A stretch of 63,749 nt of DNA, filler included, from Octopus bimaculoides (lineage: Eukaryota), in NCBI RefSeq assembly GCF_001194135.2. It is 6 parts of 6 records of this genome, joined end to end, with 100 filler letters (N's around TTAATTAATTAA, not from the genome) between each part and the next. Parts side by side here need not be neighbours in the genome. Positions count along the whole stretch, not along the records: positions 29,031 to 46,773 come from NC_068983.1; positions 46,874 to 52,300 come from NC_068994.1; 4 more parts are not named here. The stretch is one strand, 5' to 3'. Each line of letters begins with the position of its first letter. Position 1 is the stretch's first letter. This document shows, piece by piece, positions 35,365 through 47,526 of this stretch. The notes beneath the pieces are model-generated. The model had not been told where the DNA came from. It did not search any database and saw only the letters and a program-made list of their open reading frames with translations. The position numbers and the translations under genes are program-made.

Positions 35365-35939
35365 GGACGTCAGTAATATAGCAAAGTTGTGAGTTTGAGG
35401 CAAATTACGAACCCACGAAATATCCCTATTTTTGGAGTCAACATGATTTGAATAACTTTGTACATGATTTAGAATTAACTAAGAATATCAGTGCATATTC
35501 AACGATGGAATTAATTGGCCATATTGATTCAAATAAATCACGAAGATATAAAATATCGGCATATAAAACTATATCTCTGTTTAACTTATTCTTTTGAGAA
35601 AACGATTTATTGCAGACAGTACGTTTTATTCTGTTAATTGTTCAAATTTAAATTTCCATTTGTCGAATTCTCGCAAATCTTTCGCATCGTGAAATTATTT
35701 CGAAGAACGATGAACAGGACGCTGAGCTATGTTTCTGCATTTATATTCTGCGGCTTCTTTATTGTCTCATTACGTCTTACGACATCAGTCACTGGATATT
35801 GTTTGCAGATGTATCAGATCAAAGCATTGAATCTGTGCTGCTTTCTTTCACGGATGCTCTACTGAAAATATCTGCTGCTTATTCACGATTAATAAAATAG
35901 ATTTAATTAATAATTTTTCTGCTTCATTTTTATGATCTT

Positions 35940-36140
35940 TTATCTTTTATTTGCTTCAGCCATTAGACCGTGGCCGTACTGGAGCACTGCCTTGAAAAGT
36001 GTTAGTTGAACAAGCTGACTCCAGAATATTTTTAAAGCTTGGTACTTATTCTATCGGTCTCTTTTGCAGAACTGCTAAGTTACGGGGACCCAAACATACT
36101 AATACCAGTTGTCAAGCTGTAATGGAAGACAAACTCAGAT
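35940..36140 (-). mobile_element. family B SINE, 3' half
   Basis: GACCGTGGCCGTACTGGAGCACTGCC..TACTTATTCTATCGGTCTCTTTTGCAGAACTGCTAAGTTACGGGGAC..GGAAGACAAAC. Confidence 0.85.
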
Positions 36141-36329
36141 TCAAACTCCTTACTACACAGCCGCGCGAATTTATCTTGCAAAGTTGACTCAGAAGTGATT
36201 TGAACTCAAAGTGAAGGTCAAATATAGTAACTCATTATACCCGGTGCTCTAGTGTCAAATGTTCCACCTTTAATGAATAAGTGATAATATTTTAGAACCC
36301 ATAGCAGAATATAAGATAGAGCTGAGAAG

Positions 36330-38800
36330 GCATAAAACGATTCCACAGCAGACGAATTGGAACTAAACGTTCTTGGGGTTAGCCGTTTAGAAATGAAATC
36401 GCCAAGGGAAGAACTCTATATTTACAAAAGATATTTATGCAAGAAGTCCAAGCAGAATGACTAGGAAAATTACCACTGTAGATCATACTGACTTTTCAGA
36501 AAACCAAATTCTTATCAGAGCCAAGATTAATCGGATTAATCAATTCAGCATAAAAAGCTAATTTGGAATAGTTTGCGAAATAATCTTTGAAGGTATTGCA
36601 TCCAAAATTAGACAAGCGACAAGATTAATAAAAGCGATATCACTGCGTCCGTCAGTGGTTGGGTCAATTATGTTACAATATGCCACATAAGTTCATGCAG
36701 TTTGATATTTTAGATTACTTCCTGTCGAACGGAAATGCAATCCTTATGCAATCGCAGAAGTTTGCAAAATTTATGACGACTATTAGCGTATAACAGTAAA
36801 TAGAATAAACTCAAAGAATTCTTGCATATTTTATGTCAATTCAACCTGGCAAAGAAGAATAAGCGGAGATATTTCGGTGTGAGGATGTAATGCTGTCATC
36901 GAGTAGAAACAAGCGATTAAATAGGGATATATATACACATATAAACAAATTTACACACAAATACACACTTATACACGTCTTCACATACAAAATTACAGAC
37001 ATGCATACATAAACACTTCTACGCATACATACACGCACACACATACATGCATACATCTATACAGGTCAGCTACTCTGCTGGTGTTAATATCTCTTTGAGA
37101 ATCAACTACGGACAACTGCTTGGAAACAATCCACGTCTGTATCCAGATTATATATTGACATTGATACCTATAATAACTGGGGAATATTATTCTGTGAATA
37201 AATGCCTAAGTGACAACTTGGAAAAAAGCCGATGTTTTCAGAAAACAGAAATCATCCCACTGCCATTACAAATACATTACAAATACAATCTGTTAGCGGA
37301 ACAGTAGAAATATCCAAGACCTTTCTGAAGTTCTCTTTGTGAATTTGTTTTGGTTATCTACATTCCAACGAAGGAGTTTTGTATCTTTGTTAGATGTTAG
37401 CTCCTTCCTTAGAGGAAGACTTCAAATAAATAATTAAAACTAGAAGAGAATATACACACCTAGAGATAGACACATACACGCGCGCACACACACGCATACG
37501 CACATACACACAAACACACATACACATATACAGTCACCTATATATAGAGATAGAGAGATATGTAGATAGTTATGTATATAAAACTCACAGATCCTACCCT
37601 AAAAACAATCAAATACACCTGATCAAAGCAATATTCATCAAATAAAAATTCCCAAGAGAAGAAATGTACAAGCTTTGCAGAAAAAAAAAACAACAGACTA
37701 ATAAAAGTTACATTGAGAACAGCAAGTTTATTGTCATATGTTTCTTGCGCACAACACATACCCGCTTTGTGCAATATTTCCAGAAGTCACCTAAAGTCTG
37801 TATAGAAGTTCTTTTGGGGCTTTAGCGGGTTGAGTAATATAAATATAAATAATAAAATGTGCCATTCTTTATCGACTTTAGGATGTGTTCCCTGTGTATT
37901 GCGGAAAAACATAACGAATGAATAAAACATTTCAACTATGCTTACTCGACAAAGGATATGGCGTGACTTTACGTAGCAGACACCAGAAACAATTATGTCG
38001 GAATTTCGAACAGGGTAATGACGAAAGTACTACAGAAATTTCAGTCGAAATATACCACCACACAAACGGAGCAGGAAAACAAATTAACTGACGGAAAATA
38101 ATAAAAGGAGAGATACAAATGCGTATACTGAAAGAATATAGCTATAGGAATTTTCGTGGTTGCAAGTGCTTCATGAACAATAAAGCAGACAGAATGATAC
38201 TTTACAAAAACAGAATATGAATGGCGTAATCAAATCGCGTTGCCATTACGTAAAGGATTAGCAAAGAAGAAGGACATCTGAATTGGACAATGGAATACAA
38301 TATATTGATAAACAAGTTATACAAAAATACAATTTCAGGATACGGAGGTCTGCGAACGCTAAAGAGATACGCAGCATCGAAATTAGCAAATAGCGAATAA
38401 AACAATTGTTATATCAAAAATATCTCCAGTATGTTCAAGCCGGAAATAAATTAGACTGAAGGAAAACTTTTGAAAAACAGGATATTAATAATAATGTAAG
38501 CAGCAAGCTGATATGGGACAACTATTGAACTAACCAATCAGTACCTGCCAAACAAATTAATATTTCCAGTAAAATACGACACACTTTACGAAAGTAGAAA
38601 TTGTTTGCGCAATGGAAGATCATAGTCAAAATTACTGCTAAAATGGACATGGTATACGATACATAAACAATTTTCAGAATGACGGCGTCAGAACAAATGA
38701 ACATAATACAAATTAACAACATTGATGAAAAAATAGAGCCAATGCATTGGCAAATGTAACGATGACAACCATTGAAAACACTCTGGTATAAAGGCAGAAA
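36330..38800 (+). mobile_element. possible ancient LINE ORF2 remnants in two patches (about 36330-36650 and 37900-38800)
   Basis: A-rich coding-like skew and only weak motif echoes (ELNVLGVS resembling APE xDILGISE; DKQVIQKY); many stops. Confidence 0.25.
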
Positions 38801-39115
38801 CTAGTCAAGGCAAACAATAAACAGAAGACTGAATCCCCTGTTGTGTATATAAATCATGTCTAAATGCTGGGAAGCAGTTGCCGTCTGAAGCCATAATAAT
38901 ACGAACGAAATTTATTGCTTGAGGACAATACTTTAGTTTGAATAAGCAATACAGTTAACTACACTTTACGATCTGTTGACAAACTGTAGCATTTCAATTT
39001 TTCTCTTGTTTGTTGTGTCTGAATGTTAAAAGCGTTTGTTGCGGCTACAGCGTTAGCACTTCTCTCTGTCATATAATCGATTCAAAAATGGATTCAAAGA
39101 TATATAGCTACATCC

Positions 39116-39718
39116 AATACTCTACCCTTTATTATAACACACAACCCCCAAAATACAGCGGTTTCCGATATTATCCACCAGAACATCCTACTACTAAGAC
39201 ATGACCCAAGAATGAAACAAGCATTCAAAATGCACAGAATAATCAAAAGTAAAAGACACTAAAAGTCCCTCAAGAAATTCTTCACAGGTGCCAAATTACC
39301 TTCCACAATTCCTACACTGACAATCAAAAAGTGTGAATTCCTCAATTGCGGGACTTGCATCAACTTTATTGAAGACACAACACAGAAATTCAAATCAGGA
39401 CAGATTTTTATCGCAAAAAATCACTTTACATGTTCTTCAAGGAATTTAATATACGCTATTAAATGTCAAGGATGTAATGAAGATTTTATGGGTCAAGCAA
39501 AGCTTACACTAAGAAATAGACTGACCATTCATCGACAACAAATACGAGACCCCAGTTCTAGACAGATTCCACTGAGTGGACACATAAACATATGGGAAAA
39601 AAATAAGTGCCCTAAATTCCAGGTCTTCACACTCTACCTATGTTCAGTAATTACCACAGATGAAGTATGGATAAGCAAAGAAAATTCTTTTATACAAAAG
39701 TACAGATCCAAGACTTAA
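39116..39718 (+). mobile_element. Penelope-like element ORF 3' part: RT thumb/linker, Cys-rich linker and GIY-YIG endonuclease (one in-frame stop at 39260)
   Basis: Single frame NTLPFIITHNPQN..IIHQNILLL.HDP.MK.AF..IIKSKRH*KSLKKFFT.AKL..IKKC..NCGTC..FTCSSRNLIYAIKCQGCNEDFMGQAKLTLRNRLTIHRQQIRDP..IPLSGHI..SKENSFIQKY, typical of the PLE LIYxIxC..YIGxT..R..H...E signature. Confidence 0.9.
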
Positions 39719-39884
39719 CAAACTTTAACAGGGTACATATACAAATAGCTATTCACACACAAAACTCATTTTTCGACTTAACATGAGGAACCTACACAGC
39801 TAACAACCTAAACTTTAGCCACTGGACTACATAAAACGACTGCTGTCCACAGATTATATTTGGAGTGCCTTGATTGTAACTAAA

Positions 39885-40150
39885 CATGTTCACTCAACCG
39901 TGTCGGCTTTCATTTTAGGTGCAAAATATACTGTCATGTGACACTAACACACAGATGTAGCGGGAAACGTACAGTGGGTTCTAAACTTAATCACGTGTTC
40001 ATTCTCTACAAACTCTTGACAGGAAACATTCAGAGCATTGATCGTTTGGTACTGCCACGACATGTTCAGTCAACCGTGTCAGCCTTAACTTACGACGTTA
40101 AACATTGTCACTTGAAACTAACACTCGGACGTAGCGGGGAACCTACACAA
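39885..40150 (+). repeat. diverged tandem duplication (about 175-bp period) downstream of the Penelope ORF
   Basis: CATGTTCA.TCAACCGTGTC.GC at 39885 and 40061; CTAACAC...GA.GTAGCGGG.AAC.TACA at 39944 and 40118. Confidence 0.75.
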
Positions 40151-40357
40151 ATTTCTAAGACCAGTCATGTGACTATCCTCTACCATTCAAATCCTATTCA
40201 AAACAGATACTAAATTGTTTCAACTTTTTGAAAATCAATATAAACTGTGAAACTGGTTAAATATTTAAATACAATAAAAAAAGTATTTTAACTCTTCTCA
40301 GTGCATTTTCAACTTCTCTGTTTCATATAATTCTACTTGTGTAGAATAACTTTGTTT

Positions 40358-40422
<65 letters not shown>

Positions 40423-40472
40423 TTTCTTTCTTTCTTTCTATCTATATATCTGTCTACCTCTCTCTCTCTACA

Positions 40473-40509
<37 letters not shown>

Positions 40510-40976
40510 NNNNNNNNNNNNNNNNNNNNNNNNNNNNNNNNNNNNNNNNNNNNNNNNNNNNNNNNNNNNNNNNNNNNNNNNNNNNNNNNNNNNNNNNNNN
40601 NNNNNNNNNNNNNNNNNNNNNNNNNNNNNNNNNNNNNNNNNNNNNNNNNNNNNNNNNNNNNNNNNNNNNNNNNNNNNNNNNNNNNNNNNNNNNNNNNNNN
40701 NNNNNNNNNNNNNNNNNNNNNNNNNNNNNNNNNNNNNNNNNNNNNNNNNNNNNNNNNNNNNNNNNNNNNNNNNNNNNNNNNNNNNNNNNNNNNNNNNNNN
40801 NNNNNNNNNNNNNNNNNNNNNNNNNNNNNNNNNNNNNNNNNNNNNNNNNNNNNNNNNNNNNNNNNNNNNNNNNNNNNNNNNNNNNNNNNNNNNNNNNNNN
40901 NNNNNNNNNNNNNNNNNNNNNNNNNNNNNNNNNNNNNNNNNNNNNNNNNNNNNNNNNNNNNNNNNNNNNNNNNNNN

Positions 40977-41039
<63 letters not shown>

Positions 41040-41394
41040 CAGAGAAAGAGAAAGAGAGAGAAACAAAGTGAGAGTGACAGAGAAAGAGAGACTAGGAAAG
41101 AGTGAAAGAGAGAATGGGAGAGAGAGAAAGAAATTGCATAAATTGTGTTGAAGTCAGCGCCCTTCTATTTCCGTTATCAAGAAGTGTTAGGTTTGTTAAT
41201 TCTGATCGCTTTTTCCCCGTCAGTCTCAGCAACTGCATTCCACAGTGCAGTGTTAACTGAGAGTCTGTCGTCATGTACCAGCAAGTATGGTTTCGCCATA
41301 TGCATCGTGTTTCCGTTAATTGCTTTAGTTGCTTCTATAGTCGTGATCATTCCTGATTCTCAATGCCACAGGTGGAACTACAGAGGCATGAAAC

Positions 41395-41548
41395 GGCAGC
41401 ACCCAGCTGGTACGTATTACAACAGTGTAGACTTATGTAACGTGAAATGAAATAACTTGCTCAACAACGCACTGTGCTATCCTTCCGAGAATTGAACCCA
41501 CGATCTTATGATTATGAGCAGAACTTCTAACACCTAAGTCACGCGTCT
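41395..41548 (-). mobile_element. tRNA-derived SINE, family F, diverged
   Basis: Minus strand GACGCGTGACTTAG..GTGGGTTCAATTC..TTGAGCAAG..TTTCACGTT, related to the 49.7 kb copy. Confidence 0.65.
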
Positions 41549-43885
41549 TAATACTGCTGTTTAAGTATAAATGATAATAATAATTTCTAACACTGAAGAC
41601 CGTCAGCAAGTTGGTGAAAGATATGGGAGATTAAATCTTTCGGATTCCTTCCTTAATTTATCGATTTCTTGAAAAACGAAACGCAAATCTGACCTCAACA
41701 GGATTAGGATACAGAATGTTAAGGGTTGTAAAAAATGACATAATGTTTTTGTTGTCGCTGTTCATTATTCTGAAGGTTTTGATATTTAGATCTTTAGAAA
41801 ATCTTTCCTTTCGAAGATTAAGATATTAATCCGAAAACTAATTAAGCAATATCTCATCGCAACAATTTGCACATTCAACATAAGGTCCTGTCTTCATTTC
41901 TCTGTTTTTGTTTTACTTCTGATCTCTTCGCTTTCCTACAAAGTCCAACTAGTTGCAATCCCCACTACTTTGTATTGTAGCACGATAACAGTTATCGGTG
42001 TTAGACATTCATGTATACACACACACACACACACACACANNNNNNNNNNNNNNNNNNNNNNNNNNNNNNNNNNNNNNNNNNNNNNNNNNNNNNNNNNNNN
42101 NNNNNNNNNNNNNNNNNNNNNNNNNNNNNNNNNNNNNNNNNNNNNNNNNNNNNNNNNNNNNNNNNNNNNNNNNNNNNNNNNNNNNNNNNNNNNNNNNNNN
42201 NNNNNNNNNNNNNNNNNNNNNNNNNNNNNNNNNNNNNNNNNNNNNNNNNNNNNNNNNNNNNNNNNNNNNNNNNNNNNNNNNNNNNNNNNNNNNNNNNNNN
42301 NNNNNNNNNNNATATATATATATATATATATACACATACATACACACACACATAGATATATGTATGTGTGTATATGTATGCATATATATTTACATATATA
42401 TGTAAAGTATATGTATATATATATATATCTATGTATATATATATATGTATAAAGATATACATATATATATATACACACACATATATATATGTATACACAC
42501 ATACACATACATATATATATGTATGTAATGTATATACGTATGTTTGTATATTTCACACACTTCAGCAATGAACGACAATTGGAACAGAAATTGTTTCACT
42601 GTTACGTAAGCCACTCTTACGTAAGGTGAGTTTTGTTACTCGTAATATCCTAAAACAAAATGGAGACTTTGGTAGTCTTTCACTGAATACCTCATTTTCT
42701 GGAATGGTTTCTTTGCTGATTCCGTTTCATATTTAGAGACACACAAAAACCAAATAATCACAAATATCTGTTGACTGTGTTTTCTCATGCTGCAAGTTCT
42801 GGAATCGTCGCATGTGTAATCTAATAAAAAATATATACACAGACAAGAATCTAATTTAGAAAATTGCATCGCAGACAAATATAATTTTTGTTTTCTTTCT
42901 ATGCGTTAATTTAACAAAATCTATATATTGTTACACACGAATGAATTTATTGTTTTTGGAAACAATGGCCAACGTAATTTTAATGCTATGAAAGTTTATC
43001 GCATAACATAAATCATCAATTCTATCTGTTTGTTTGGAATGGTAATTATAGAGAGAGAGAGAATCAAGTACATAATTTCAGCATAATTGAACTATTGTCC
43101 AAATTACATTTCATACAACGATCTTTTGTTTTTTTTCTTGTTGATATGTTTTCATATGTTCTTGATGTTTACTTTGAGGATTCGCTGTTTAATAAATACA
43201 ACTAATTTAAATGGATGGCGGCACAGAAATTGAAACTGTACATAAATATATCAGGGGAGGAGTAACAATACGCCACAACCAAAACTAAACATTGCCTTTG
43301 CTTTGCTACACTCCCCAAAATTTGACATGTGTGATATATGTGCGTATGTGTGTACATCTGTGCGTCCCCCAAGCTCATTAGTTAGAACAGATTAAAGTTA
43401 TCCGGTAATTAAAGTCAAGGGTCAGATATTGTAATAACATCTGCTTAAAGTGATCAAGCGATTGCTTATCGAAACGGTATCGTACCGATGTTACAACAGT
43501 TAGCGCGTGTGTTTTTACATGCTCACACGCATCCACACCCTGTGTGCGTGTGTGCGTTCATCCACTTTGAAACTGTATCTTTATTACGTTGCATCTCTGA
43601 GATTTTCGTGTCTTTTACATCAAAACCAGAGTATTGACATTGCTTAACCTTGGAATAAATAAGTACCATTCATCAGAACTAAATATCTCCTCTTCCATTT
43701 GTCAATTCAAGTGTCTGAATTTACCCTGGGGGTGTGAAATTTCAAATATTGAAATATTATATATCTCCAACGAACGAACTGATTTCTATTGCCGCAGATA
43801 CTTTGCAGGTGATAAACTCCTAATTGCCCGTGTGTGTGTGTATGTATGTATGTATGTATGTATGTATGTATATATTTTCATATTT

Positions 43886-43935
<50 letters not shown>

Positions 43936-44384
43936 GGTATATATATATAAATATAGATAATATATATAATATAGATAATATATGTGTATATATATATGTA
44001 TATATGTATATATATTTATATATTTGAGTGCATACATATATATATATACAAAAATATATATATGTGTGTATCTAATATGTATGTATGTATGTATATATGT
44101 ATGTATGCAATGTGTACATTAGTTGTCTGTCTGCTAAATACAAAGCTTGACAGCTACCGTAGACACGATGCACAGTTCTGGCATGAGATCTTATGTGGCT
44201 TTTTGAACCAGACGTATTTGCAAAAAGACGCCATCATAAATTCTACACTAGTCTTGGTGTAGCTTCAACTGGCTTTTGCGTCTCATCTTGATGACCCTTG
44301 AAATGTTTATTCAGACTGCCTTGAGATTGGCCCATACTGTAGCATATGTGGGCATTGCTTCATCTTGATATTTCCTAGTATTCT

Positions 44385-44745
44385 GCCAATGTCGACTTTG
44401 CCTTTCTTCCTTTCATGTTCGAAAAAATAAATACCACTTAAACATTGGGGTGTCGTTGTAATCGAGTTCCCCCACACCACCGAATTTACTGACTTTGTAC
44501 CAGAATTTGAAACCAAAATTTACCTGCGATGCGAGCTGGCAGCAACTTTAGCACGCTGGGTAAAATGTGTGGTGAACATTCGTCCATCTTTCCAAAAAGA
44601 CTTGAAGTTCCTCCGCCGAGGTCAGTATTGCATTTCATCCATTCGGGGTCCATAAATGAAGTAACAGCTGAGCTCTGAGGTTCCATGTCATGGACGTATC
44701 ACTCCCCGAAATGGCTTGCCTTGTGCCAAACTTTCAAACTAATAT
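44385..44745 (+). mobile_element. two diverged tandem family A SINEs
   Basis: GTCGACTTTGCCTTTC..CCAGAATTTGAAACC, then GCGAGCTGGCAG..CCGCCGAGGTC..TTTCATCCATTCGGGGTC..CCTTGTGCCAAA. Confidence 0.8.
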
Positions 44746-44828
44746 TTACCTGTTTTAATCTGTCCTGCTCGAAAGTGATCAAATCATACTACATATTTGN
44801 NNNNNNNNNTATATATATATATATATAT

Positions 44829-45215
44829 TCTTTTATTATTTTACTAGTTTCAGTTATTTTAATGCGGCCATGCTGGAGCACCACCTTTAGTCGAACAAAT
44901 CGAACCCGGGACCTATTCTTTTTAAGGCTAGTACTTATACTATCCGTGTCTTTGCAGAACCGTTAGGTCACGAGGGCGAAAACACACCAACATCGGTTGT
45001 CAAGCGATGATGGGTGACAAACACAGAAACATAAATACATATATATATATATATATACACACATATATGACGGGCTTCTTCCAGTTTCCGGCCACCAAAT
45101 CCACTCTCAAGGCTTTAGTCGGCCCTAGGCTATAGTAGAAGACACTTGCCCAAGGTGCCACGCAGTGGAACTGAATCCTGAACAATGTAGTTGGGAAACA
45201 GGCTTGTTATCACAT
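44829..45215 (-). mobile_element. family B SINE, near full length
   Basis: Tail, GCGGCCATGCTGGAGCACC, internal (TA)n, GACACTTGCCCAAGGTGCCACGCAGTGGAACTGAATCC (B-box-like on the minus strand). Confidence 0.9.
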
Positions 45216-45529
45216 ACACACACACATACATACACACATACATACACACATACATACACACATACATAAATACATACACACATACATACATTCAGTGGCT
45301 ACAATTCAGTTTTGAGACATGCCTTTGGTAGATGACTCAGTTAAACCGGTGCAGAACAGATGTGACTCTTCATCCTTTACGCATATCTGCGCTCTCTTGC
45401 GCAGATATTGCAAGAATGGGCGCCGCTTGCAGCATTTGGCTGACATAACGTCTTCATTCCATTAAGGATTTTACTTTCACTGCTTTGTTGCTCGCTTATG
45501 CCCATTCATAAAATACATCCCATAACAGT

Positions 45530-45855
45530 CGGACTACATTACTTATCTTTAAAAATGTCCTTGTATATATTCTATCAGAACCTTTTTGCCAGACCGCTAA
45601 CTTTATGGGGACATAAAGACACCAACACCGCTTGTCAAGCTGCGGTTGATGGAAACACACATAAGCACGCACCCCCCACACACAAACACACACATATCCG
45701 ATGTGACTCTTGTAGTTTCCGTTTACCAAATCCACTCACAAGGGTTTTGGTTGGCTTAAGTCTCTAGTGGAATACTGTTTCCTAATGCGGACGCTGTGGA
45801 ACCGAGCCCGAAAGCATATGATTAGAATGCAAAAGTCTTACCACACAGCAAGGCC
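45530..45855 (-). mobile_element. family B SINE, diverged
   Basis: TTTTTGCCAGACCGCTAAC..TTGTCAAGC..TTTCCGTTTACCAAATCCACTCACAAGG..GGAACCGAGCCCG. Confidence 0.8.
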
Positions 45856-46717
45856 TTAGTCTAAATGTCCAAACAAAGAATAGGTATCAGTCCCTCCCAG
45901 TTGTGGGAAGGCCGTTAGATATTCCATTCATCCACCTCTTTGACATGGCGACTATATCGACAAACCTACCAAGAATGGTATGTGAGGGCTGTGGGGTTCC
46001 TGCTAAATAATAGAGAAATACTACCCAGCATATGCACGCGCGCGCACACAAACACATACACACACACATATATATATAAACATATATATATATATATATA
46101 TATAACATACACACACATATATATCTATATTTATAGGAGTTCACACCACCACGTGTATGTATGTGTGTTCGAGTGCGTGTATTTCATATCATAAATCTAT
46201 CACACACACACACAAATGCATGCAAGTGTGTGAGTATGTGTGTATATATGTGTATATATATGTGTGTATATATATATAACGTGACCGAGTGTGTGTGTGT
46301 ACAGCTATACAAGCGGGTGCGAATGCGTCTGACAGAATCCCTGGTGCTGTAGTGAGAAAAAAAAAGTCACTTACTATGTGGTTGGTGAATTTTGAAGTAC
46401 TATCCCAATGAGAGATAGATTCCTCTCCAACTATTTCAATAAAATATTATTCCTAGCCGAGATCAAACACTCATGTTTCATTTGGAAAGAGAAAATCCCC
46501 CCCCCCCTTCACCAAACAGATCTTTTTCCTTTTTAATGTTTACCATTTTATCCCGATTCAGAACAGTAACAAAGATATATTTATTTTGCTAGCAAAGTAT
46601 TTTTGATGAACAGAGGAGTGGTTCTGATATCGGTGTCAAAACACAAATATTGCAAACATTTGATATTTTGTTCGATTCTCTTATAGACTTTCGTTTCAGT
46701 GTTCTTATTTTATTATT

Positions 46718-46773
<56 letters not shown>

Positions 46774-47143
46774 NNNNNNNNNNNNNNNNNNNNNNNNNNN
46801 NNNNNNNNNNNNNNNNNTTAATTAATTAANNNNNNNNNNNNNNNNNNNNNNNNNNNNNNNNNNNNNNNNNNNNGCAATGCCGTCGCCGTCATCACCAACA
46901 CAACATTGCAACAGCAAAAACAACAATCCTAGCCTCAGAATGCAAAATGTATTATAGCGCAATTTTTATTTTTTATTTTTTATTTTTTTGTATATATTTC
47001 TTTGCTTGTTTGTAATTTGTTTATATCTTTCTATTTTCATTTAATCCATATTAATTTCTCTTTGCTGTGATTTCGAAGTCTTAATGTTTCCTATCTTCAT
47101 ATCCTGCTGTTCGAATATTACATTAGACTCTCGCTCTCATTCT

Positions 47144-47177
<34 letters not shown>

Positions 47178-47329
47178 AACACACACACGCACACACACAC
47201 ACATACACACATGCACCGGTATCATCACTACCACATTCAACGCTGACACCAACGCTGACACCAACATCAACACCAATACCACGACCAGCTCCAGGACCCA
47301 GTAACAGCAGTTCTAACGCATACATTACC

Positions 47330-47360
<31 letters not shown>

Positions 47361-47526
47361 GCGCCTATCAGCACCACCAGCGTCATCACTCACGGTTCTC
47401 TGCTAGTAGAGTTTTAATTAGCACATTTCATATCTCACCACCAACACCACTATTGTGACTACAGCCTGTACCATTGTTACACGTGTCGTCACCACCACCG
47501 CCGCCGCCGACGCTAATATTAATAGT

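Noticed and set aside
47084-47458. 124-aa ORF with PTLTPT/poly-T/poly-N/H-rich content
   Set aside because: It starts in microsatellite and has no credible splice sites; similar ACC/AAC tracts occur at 9.3, 32.0 and 50.4 kb.
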